Origin: a virus
Taxonomy: Duplodnaviria > Heunggongvirae > Uroviricota > Caudoviricetes
Reading direction: 5' to 3' (one strand)
IMG/VR virus record: IMGVR_UViG_2675903433_000005
Length of the DNA stretch: 5,230 nt
Numbering within the stretch: position 1 is the first letter of the stretch; every line of letters begins with the position of its first letter. Positions 1 to 5,230 of the stretch are shown here, piece by piece. The position numbers were made by a program, and so were the translations under genes. The notes beneath the pieces are model-generated. The model saw nothing but the letters and a program-made list of their open reading frames with translations, made no database searches and was not told the DNA's origin.

Positions 1-118
1 CCTGCTGACAGAGTCCGGGGTTGGCATCCAGCACCTTTTCGGTGACGCCCCGTGTCGTGCCGTAGTACCGGAAACAGAGCGAATCCACGGTGTCGCCTTC
101 CAGTGCCTTCACTTTCAT
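1..118 (-). CDS. X: Tail protein X (P2 gpX-like), N-terminal 39 codons only; gene continues beyond the window start
   Basis: Minus-strand ATG at 118-116 overlaps the L stop (TGATG). Translation MKVKALEGDTVDSLCFRYYGTTRGVTEKVLDANPGLCQQ resembles the start of P2 gpX as I recall it, and X follows L in P2 gene order. Too short for the ORF track. Confidence 0.6.
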   Translation of the reverse strand, partial: MKVKALEGDTVDSLCFRYYGTTRGVTEKVLDANPGLCQQ

Positions 119-612
119 CAGCACAGCTCCGCAAACATTCGCGGTCGTCCCAGAATGTCAGAGATGGCCCAGCTCACATCGCGCCACAAATCCGATGTCT
201 GTATATCCAGTGCGTCCGCCCGGCGGTCGCCCTTGTCCGTTGTGTCCGCATCGCGGTAACGCTCCAGAATCAGGGCGCGTGTGGCGGTATAAACAGCATT
301 GCGCCAGTGCCAGAGATTGACGCTTTCTCCGTTAATTACAGGGGCCGGAACATCGGCCAGCGTCTGATAGCCAGCCGCCTGTTGTTCCTGCTGCCATGCT
401 TCCAGCTCGCGGGTAACGTGTGCTATGGCCCCGGTGGCGGTATGCAGCAGGCGGGAGGTGGTCACGCGGCCCGGCAGTCGTACCGCCAGACGCAGCTCAC
501 GCAGCACAATATCCGGCCAGAATGCACCCGCTGAAATGCGAGTGTCGCCATCATCGGTATCGGTGATGTCGTCCTCTGCGGGGCCGGGGTTAGTTCTGGC
601 AACCATACTCAT
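118..612 (-). CDS. L: Head completion/stabilisation protein (P2 gpL-like)
   Basis: ORF-track ORF 118..621 resembles P2 gpL, including the motif LADVPA..GES...ERYR....KGD..AD..D....LWRD..WA. The track starts at GTG 621-619; I prefer ATG 612-610 because AGGAG lies 8 nt upstream on the minus strand (reverse complement of 620-624). Stop TGA at 120-118. Confidence 0.85.
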   Translation of the reverse strand: MSMVARTNPGPAEDDITDTDDGDTRISAGAFWPDIVLRELRLAVRLPGRVTTSRLLHTATGAIAHVTRELEAWQQEQQAAGYQTLADVPAPVINGESVNLWHWRNAVYTATRALILERYRDADTTDKGDRRADALDIQTSDLWRDVSWAISDILGRPRMFAELC

Positions 613-713
613 GGGGTTCACTCCTGAAAAAATCGGGCGGTGGGTGCGCGGTGTAAACGGTCACGGAGTCAAACCGGAACACCGCGCACGCCGCCCGCTG
701 ACGGGGTCAGTCG

Positions 714-1514
714 TTAACCGCGCTTTGCCTTCTGCGTCGCGGTGGTTTTTCGTGTTGCAGGCTTCCGCGTTGTCTTTTTATTTTTGCTGCTTTCGTCCTG
801 CGCCTGCTGTGCGCTGGCGTCTTCTGGTTCGGCTGCGGAATCGGCTTTTTTCAGGGCGCGGGAAAGGGTTGCAATCTCGCGTTTCACACCTGCGTTCGGG
901 TTCAGGTGCATCGCTTCGCGCAGCAGCTTCAGTGATGAGGCCATGTTGTCTGCATCGGTCAGGCCACGACGGGCAAAGGCACACGCCTTGCATAATTTGG
1001 CGCGCACTTCGTCCGGAATGTCCTGGTTGGCGACAATTTCCCAAAGTGTGTCCAGTGGTTCGATAAAGGCGGATAAATCCGCGTCGGCATCCGTCCCAGC
1101 CTGCGTCAGTACCGGGTTGCAGATTTCTTCGGTCAGTACCGTGGCAGCAGTACGGCCAAAGTTATCCGGCATGATGAGGTTGTGACGGACCACATATGCA
1201 CCAATACGCAGCGCCAGCGGAAGATCGCCGCAGTCAATCGCCCACACCATCAGCGTGGCAATTACTTCGTCCTGTTGCCCGCCGTCAGCCTCCAGCGTTC
1301 CCTCAATCCAGCCGGAAAAGTCCGGCAACAACTCTTTTTTGATGGCGGCTTTCGCGCTTCTGGCCTGTATGGCCTTTAGCCTGGCCTGTGCCAGACGCAG
1401 ACGATACAGCACTTCTTCATGCGCGGTACACGCGGCGTGGTCCACACCTTCATTCGCCCGGCCTGCGCGCTGTGCCATCACGTTCTGCCAGTGTTGTTGT
1501 GCAGGAGTAATCAT
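714..1514 (-). CDS. M: Terminase small/endonuclease subunit (P2 gpM-like), copy 1
   Basis: 266-aa ORF matching P2 gpM in my recollection (N-terminal PAQ.H motif, central LP.F..W..G.LE....QD....T.M.W..D.GD region, PDEVRAKL, basic C-terminal tail). GGAGAG RBS 7 nt upstream of ATG 1514-1512. Position after N and before L agrees with P2 synteny. Confidence 0.85.
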   Translation of the reverse strand: MITPAQQHWQNVMAQRAGRANEGVDHAACTAHEEVLYRLRLAQARLKAIQARSAKAAIKKELLPDFSGWIEGTLEADGGQQDEVIATLMVWAIDCGDLPLALRIGAYVVRHNLIMPDNFGRTAATVLTEEICNPVLTQAGTDADADLSAFIEPLDTLWEIVANQDIPDEVRAKLCKACAFARRGLTDADNMASSLKLLREAMHLNPNAGVKREIATLSRALKKADSAAEPEDASAQQAQDESSKNKKTTRKPATRKTTATQKAKRG

Positions 1515-1531
1515 TTTTTCTCTCCGTTACA

Positions 1532-1550
1532 GGCGGGCATGATGCCCGCC
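1532..1550 (-). promoter_or_regulatory. GC-rich stem-loop in the spacer between the N-derived stop and M copy 1 (GGCGGGC / 5-nt loop / GCCCGCC)
   Basis: Perfect 7-bp inverted repeat read directly; no U-tract follows on the transcribed strand, so not a canonical intrinsic terminator. Confidence 0.4.
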
Positions 1551-1559
1551 GTGAGTTGA

Positions 1560-1994
1560 TTAGCTGTCGGCGAACTTCAGGCCAGTGACCATCGCGCACT
1601 TGCCATAGTCTTCAACGACATAAGCGTCATTGATGGACTGGTAGGTGGCGATGCGGTTGTATTCCGGCTCGTCTTTCATCAGGCGACGCATTGAACCTTT
1701 CTGCCAGTAAATCGACAGGTTGTTGAACGAGGTGATAAGCATCGTTGCATCCGGGAAGAACGGCGCAAGGAACACGCCCAGCCCGCCAATGGTGCGCGAT
1801 GACAGGATGAGCTGCCCGGCAGTATGCAGCAGGCGGGAGGTGGTCACGCGGCCCGGCAGTCGTACCGCCAGACGCAGCTCGCGCAACACAATATCCGGCC
1901 AGAATGCACCTGCTGAAATGCGAGTGTCGCCATCATCGGTATCGGTGATGTCGTCCTCTGCGGGTCTGGGTTCAGTTCTGGCAACCATACTCAT
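1560..1994 (-). CDS. Chimeric ORF created by the duplication junction: N-terminal ~59 residues of gpL fused in frame to the C-terminal 85 residues of major capsid protein gpN; probably a by-product, function unknown
   Basis: ORF-track ORF 1560..2003: residues MNPMSMVART..RLLHTA match the L N-terminus (2 aa differences), and residues GQLILSSRTIGG..KFADS are identical to the N C-terminus. Same RBS/ATG context as L (ATG 1994-1992). Confidence 0.6.
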   Translation of the reverse strand: MSMVARTEPRPAEDDITDTDDGDTRISAGAFWPDIVLRELRLAVRLPGRVTTSRLLHTAGQLILSSRTIGGLGVFLAPFFPDATMLITSFNNLSIYWQKGSMRRLMKDEPEYNRIATYQSINDAYVVEDYGKCAMVTGLKFADS

Positions 1995-2096
1995 GGGGTT
2001 CACTCCTGAAAAAAATCGGGCGGTGGGTGCGCGGTGTAAACGGTCACGGAGTCAAACCGGAACACCGCGCACGCCGCCCGCTGACGGGGTCAGTCG

Positions 2097-2897
2097 TTAA
2101 CCGCGCTTCGCCTTCTGCGTCGCGGTGGTTTTTCGTGTTGCAGGCTTCCGCGTTGTCTTTTTACTTTTGCTGCTTTCGTCCTGCGCCTGCTGTGCGCTGG
2201 CGTCTTCTGGTGCGGCTGCGGAATCGGCTTTTTTCAGGGCGCGGGAAAGGGTTGCAATCTCGCGTTTCACACCTGCGTTCGGGTTCAGGTGCATTGCTTC
2301 GCGCAGCAGCTTCAGTGACAGGGCCATGCTGTCCGCATCACTCAGGCCACGGCGGGCAAAGGCGCACGCCTTGCATAATTTGGCGCGTACTTCGTCCGGC
2401 ATGTCCTGGTCGGTGACAATCTTCCGGAGGGTGTCCAGTGGTTCGATAAAGGCGGACAAATCCGCGTCGGCATCCGCCCCGGCCTGCGTCAGTACCGGGT
2501 TGCAGATTTCTTCGGTCAGCACTGTGGCAGCAGTACGGCCAAAGTTATCCGGCATAATGAGGTTATGACGGACCACATACGCACCAATACGCAACGCCAG
2601 CGGAAGATCGCCGCAGTCAATCGCCCACACCATCAGCGTGGCAATCACTTCATCCTGCTGCCCGCCGTCAGCCTCCAGCGTTCCCTCAATCCAGCCGGAA
2701 AAATCCGGCAACAACTCTTTTTTGATGGCGGCTTTCGCGCTTCTGGCCTGTACGCCCTTAAGCCGGGCCTGTGCCAGACGCAGACGATACAGCACCTCTT
2801 CATGCGCGGTACGCGCGGCGTGGTCCACGCCTTCATTCGCCCGGCCTGCGCGCTGTGCCATCACGTTCTGCCAGTGTTGCTGTGCAGGAGTAATCAT
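2097..2897 (-). CDS. M: Terminase small/endonuclease subunit (P2 gpM-like), copy 2 (adjacent to N, in the ancestral position)
   Basis: 266-aa ORF, 252/266 identical to copy 1 by manual comparison; GGAGAG RBS upstream of ATG 2897-2895; immediately downstream of N as in P2. Confidence 0.85.
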   Translation of the reverse strand: MITPAQQHWQNVMAQRAGRANEGVDHAARTAHEEVLYRLRLAQARLKGVQARSAKAAIKKELLPDFSGWIEGTLEADGGQQDEVIATLMVWAIDCGDLPLALRIGAYVVRHNLIMPDNFGRTAATVLTEEICNPVLTQAGADADADLSAFIEPLDTLRKIVTDQDMPDEVRAKLCKACAFARRGLSDADSMALSLKLLREAMHLNPNAGVKREIATLSRALKKADSAAAPEDASAQQAQDESSKSKKTTRKPATRKTTATQKAKRG

Positions 2898-2914
2898 TTG
2901 TTCTCTCCGTTACT

Positions 2915-2933
2915 GGCGGGCATGATGCCCGCC
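2915..2933 (-). promoter_or_regulatory. GC-rich stem-loop in the N-M intergenic spacer (duplicate of 1532-1550)
   Basis: Same GGCGGGC-atgat-GCCCGCC inverted repeat between the N stop (2945-2943) and the M start (2897); conserved in both copies although the flanking spacer has 2 substitutions. Confidence 0.4.
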
Positions 2934-2942
2934 GTGAGTTGA

Positions 2943-3995
2943 TTAGCTGTCGGCGAACTTCAGGCCAGTGACCATCGCGCACTTGCCATAGTCTTCAACG
3001 ACATAAGCGTCATTGATGGACTGGTAGGTGGCGATGCGGTTGTATTCCGGCTCGTCTTTCATCAGGCGACGCATTGAACCTTTCTGCCAGTAAATCGACA
3101 GGTTGTTGAACGAGGTGATCAGCATCGTTGCATCCGGGAAGAACGGCGCAAGGAACACGCCCAGCCCGCCAATGGTGCGCGATGACAGGATGAGCTGCCC
3201 GGCGAGTAATTCCGCATTGGGATTCTGGCCGCTGATGCTGTTCAGCACGGGCAGACGCAGCGAGTTAAACAGGTTGCGCCCCATAATCACCACGAGGTCG
3301 TCAGCTTCCTTGTGCCATTCATCCAGCAGGGATGAACGCGCGTCCTGTACCAGTGCATCAGCGTTCGCATACTTACCCGCGTGCGCCACGGTGTTGTCCA
3401 TGTTGCGGGAGGTCAGCGTCACGTCATTCATAACGCGTTCGCTGGCGTCGGTTCTGATGTGCTCCAGCCATCCCACGTTAACGTCCTGAAGCAGCTTGTT
3501 GGTGCTGAAGTTGGACTCATCCGCGTGAGACGTGCCGTTGAAACCGATCATGATGCGGTCAAGCGCCACCTGTCGGGCAATCTGTGCGCTGATGCGGGAC
3601 TGAAAATCAGGGTGTGCCGCCCAGGCATCAAGCTGCGGATATGAAATAAACGTGTCGTAGTTCACCTGTTCGCACTGGTATTTGCGGTTTTTCAGATCAA
3701 CCACGTTATTCGGGTTACGGCGTTTTGTGCCGTCATAACTGGTATTCGTGCGCGCAATCGGCCCGGTGGTATCCAGGAGGATTTTTTCGCCTTTCTGGTC
3801 GGTCACGCCGATCACGTTAATTCTTTTTGTAAATTCGGTGCTTTCCTTTGAGGCGTTTTCAAAACGCTGCTGTACCGAGGGTTCCACGGTAAATCGCGAT
3901 ACCAGTGCGGAAACCGGGATATTGTTAAGCGACGCCTGCTGCGCCATATAGCAACCCAGCTTGTTGCGGGTAATATCTGACATCACCAGATTCAT
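2943..3995 (-). CDS. N: Major capsid protein (P2 gpN-like)
   Basis: 350-aa ORF with recognisable similarity to P2 gpN from memory (FTVEPSV.Q, GEKI, NKY.C.Q.N.D, GFNG, LQDV.VGWL, DLVVI.GR, YFPAD.MLIT, ENLSIY, YVVEDY). AAGGAG lies 10 nt upstream of ATG 3995-3993. Confidence 0.9.
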   Translation of the reverse strand: MNLVMSDITRNKLGCYMAQQASLNNIPVSALVSRFTVEPSVQQRFENASKESTEFTKRINVIGVTDQKGEKILLDTTGPIARTNTSYDGTKRRNPNNVVDLKNRKYQCEQVNYDTFISYPQLDAWAAHPDFQSRISAQIARQVALDRIMIGFNGTSHADESNFSTNKLLQDVNVGWLEHIRTDASERVMNDVTLTSRNMDNTVAHAGKYANADALVQDARSSLLDEWHKEADDLVVIMGRNLFNSLRLPVLNSISGQNPNAELLAGQLILSSRTIGGLGVFLAPFFPDATMLITSFNNLSIYWQKGSMRRLMKDEPEYNRIATYQSINDAYVVEDYGKCAMVTGLKFADS

Positions 3996-4018
3996 AAAAA
4001 ATTTGCTCCTTTGTCTTA

Positions 4019-4855
4019 TCAGAAGTCAGCCAGCTGGTCGGAGGCTGCGCCCGTTGCGGTGAAGCGGTTCTGCGGATCGCCGTCCTGCGTGCGCAGTTTT
4101 TCCTTCAGTGCTGCCAGCTCTGTGGTCAGTGACGTAATTTTCTGGCGGTCCTGCTGATGGCGGGTTTCCAGCACATTAAAACGGTCGATAATGTCGGCCT
4201 GTGACGTTGCGACGCCTTCCACCGCTTCCTGAATACGGGAAAAACTGGCGTCATCCGCTTTGCGGCCACGGCCAATAATCCCCATTACGCGGTTAAACCA
4301 CTGGGTGCCTTCTTCCTGGCGTTGTTCTGCCATTTCGATGATTTCAGACTCGATGGCTTCGGAGATAAGCGGCGCTTCACCCTGGACACTGTTGAACGTC
4401 ATTACCGCCTGACGTTGCTGTGCCGTGAATTTCAGGCGCTCAGTGCCCAGGCTCGCCGGGGTGTCGGTCATCGCCAGCCCGACCAGATAGGCGCGCCCGT
4501 TAACGGAGAACTGCGGGTGCAGTTCGATACTGGAATAGATTTTCTTGCCGTCAGCGACAAGCTGCTTCATGCGCTCGGTCGGTTCGATTTCTGCATACAG
4601 CGCAGTACGTCCGGCCAGCGGGCCTTCCGTAATATCTTCCGTACTCAGCGCGGTGACATCGCCCATTGCGGAAAATTCGCTTGACGGGCATGGCGAGAGA
4701 TAGTGCTCAACGTTCACGCGGGCAGCGTAAACATCCGGGTTGAAGTTCTCGGCGGCTTCACGCAGATGTACCGGGCTGATTTCGCGGCCATCAACAGTTG
4801 ATCCGGAGACAGCCACGCGAAACTTTTTGCGGGATGTCTTTTTTTCATTAGCCAT
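4019..4855 (-). CDS. O: Capsid scaffolding protein / prohead protease (P2 gpO-like)
   Basis: ORF-track ORF 4019..4888; I place the start at the internal ATG 4855-4853 (MANEKKTSRKKFRVAVSGSTVDGR...). This aligns with the P2 gpO N-terminus (MAKKVSKFFRIGVEGDTCDGR...) and has a GAGGGG RBS 8 nt upstream. Also shares SIEL.P.F...G..YLVGLA.TD.PASLGTE with gpO. Confidence 0.85.
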   Translation of the reverse strand: MANEKKTSRKKFRVAVSGSTVDGREISPVHLREAAENFNPDVYAARVNVEHYLSPCPSSEFSAMGDVTALSTEDITEGPLAGRTALYAEIEPTERMKQLVADGKKIYSSIELHPQFSVNGRAYLVGLAMTDTPASLGTERLKFTAQQRQAVMTFNSVQGEAPLISEAIESEIIEMAEQRQEEGTQWFNRVMGIIGRGRKADDASFSRIQEAVEGVATSQADIIDRFNVLETRHQQDRQKITSLTTELAALKEKLRTQDGDPQNRFTATGAASDQLADF

Positions 4856-5009
4856 AGTTTTTGCCCCTCTGACTGGTTCTTCAGTCATGATGGCAAAGCG
4901 TAACAGGCTGATACAAAGGGCTTTTGTTGTAAGAAAACAGTCAGAACAGGGGGTTAAGGAGAACGGTTTCGCGCGCGGGTAATCTTCCTGTAATTACTCA
5001 GGGGGAGCA
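4856..5009. promoter_or_regulatory. Divergent intergenic control region between O (leftward) and P (rightward); expected to hold the two late promoters
   Basis: 154-bp non-coding gap between divergently oriented start codons, matching the P2 P<->O arrangement. Contains imperfect dyads ACAAAgggcTTTTGT (4913-4927) and TGTTGTaagAAAACA (4925-4939). No promoter was verified. Confidence 0.5.
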
Positions 5010-5230
5010 ATGATTCAGGACGCTTTTGTGCGCCAGCGTGCGCGGCAACTTTACTGGCAGGGTTATCCGCCCGCAGAAATATCACGTCTGATGGGAATAA
5101 ACCCGAACACGATTTATGCGTGGAAAAAACGCGACCAGTGGGATGAAACGCCACCCGTGCAGCGTGTCACGCAGTCCATCGATGCGCGCCTCATCCAGCT
5201 CACTGAAAAACAGAATAAAACAGGTGGTGA
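5010..5230 (+). CDS. P: Terminase ATPase (large) subunit (P2 gpP-like), N-terminal part; continues beyond the window end
   Basis: ATG at 5010 preceded by GGGGGAG (5001-5007). Translation MIQDAFVRQRARQLYWQGYPPAEISRLMGINPNTIYAWKKRDQWDE... has an HTH-like N-terminus typical of P2-family terminase ATPase subunits, and the gene is divergent from O as in P2. Confidence 0.7.
   Translation, partial: MIQDAFVRQRARQLYWQGYPPAEISRLMGINPNTIYAWKKRDQWDETPPVQRVTQSIDARLIQLTEKQNKTGG

Larger units (their letters stand above)
440..1821. repeat. Copy A of a direct tandem duplication of about 1382 bp (3' part of N-like sequence, N-M spacer, complete M, M-L spacer, 5' part of L)
   Basis: Manual alignment of 440-1821 against 1822-3203 is collinear at an offset of 1382-1383 bp, with one 1-nt indel in an A-run (6 A at 627-632 versus 7 A at 2009-2015). 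Boundaries are accurate to about 3 bp. Confidence 0.9.
1822..3203. repeat. Copy B of the direct tandem duplication of about 1382 bp
   Basis: See copy A; the right end of copy B lies inside the intact N gene and the left end of copy A inside the intact L gene. Confidence 0.9.

Noticed and set aside
425-1185. Plus-strand ORFs 425..1066 (213 aa) and 742..1185 (147 aa), plus minus-strand alternate-frame ORF 778..1044
   Set aside because: They lie antisense to or out of frame with the well-supported L and M genes, have Arg/Ser/Ala-rich low-complexity translations typical of shadow ORFs in GC-rich coding DNA, and lack convincing RBS context.
1532-1550. Stem-loop as a Rho-independent terminator
   Set aside because: The stem is not followed by a U-rich tract on the transcribed strand, and the next gene's RBS and ATG follow within about 20 nt, so read-through is required for M expression.
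1720-2942. Plus-strand ORFs 1720..2100, 2027..2416, 2125..2568, 2565..2942, 2638..2925 and minus-strand ORF 2645..2836
   Set aside because: Duplicated shadows of the same antisense ORFs, overlapping M copy 2 and the fusion ORF; no independent support.
440-3203. Possibility that the two-copy repeat is a CRISPR array, an IS element or a composite transposon
   Set aside because: The repeat unit is about 1.38 kb of protein-coding phage DNA in direct tandem, with no short repeat-spacer periodicity, no transposase ORF, and no terminal inverted repeats or target-site duplication. The junction shows only a 3-bp microhomology.
3103-3951. Plus-strand ORFs 3103..3489, 3381..3644 and 3748..3951 inside the N gene
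   Set aside because: Antisense to the major capsid gene; no RBS and no recognisable protein features.
4322-5154. Plus-strand ORFs 4322..4684 and 4740..4982, and minus-strand ORF 4954..5154
   Set aside because: The first two are antisense to O. The third runs antisense across the P start and the control region. None has a credible start context, and they conflict with the conserved P2-type gene layout.
1-5230. A novel defence or anti-defence system, toxin-antitoxin pair or other accessory cargo
   Set aside because: Every sizeable ORF with coding support is accounted for by conserved P2-type head and packaging genes or their duplicated parts. There is no unexplained ORF and no intergenic space large enough to hide one. 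P2 accessory hotspots lie elsewhere in the genome, not in this module.
1-5230. cos site, tRNA or other RNA genes
   Set aside because: In P2-type genomes cos lies beyond Q, outside this window. I saw no cloverleaf-compatible tRNA sequence and no non-coding stretch long enough for an RNA gene other than the 154-bp P/O control region.

Overview
This window is the head morphogenesis and packaging module of a P2-like temperate phage or prophage, with one unusual structural feature: a direct tandem duplication of about 1.38 kb. All homology calls are from my memory of P2-family proteins, not from a database search. Gene order on the minus strand, read right to left, is O (capsid scaffold), N (major capsid), M (terminase small/endonuclease subunit), an L'-'N fusion ORF, a second M, L (head completion) and the start of X (tail protein). 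A 154-bp divergent control region separates O from the start of P (terminase ATPase subunit) on the plus strand. The duplication (about 440-1821 and 1822-3203) carries a complete M gene twice, as two intact alleles that differ at 14 of 266 residues. Its junction creates an in-frame ORF joining the first ~59 codons of L to the last 85 codons of N. Divergence between the copies is uneven: the N-derived part is almost identical, most of L'/M differs by a few percent, and one short patch in M is far more divergent. I see no RNA gene, CRISPR array, transposase or recognisable defence system; what is new here is structural, not a new gene family. The duplication could be real or a mis-assembly of two related prophages, and that must be resolved before any biological interpretation.
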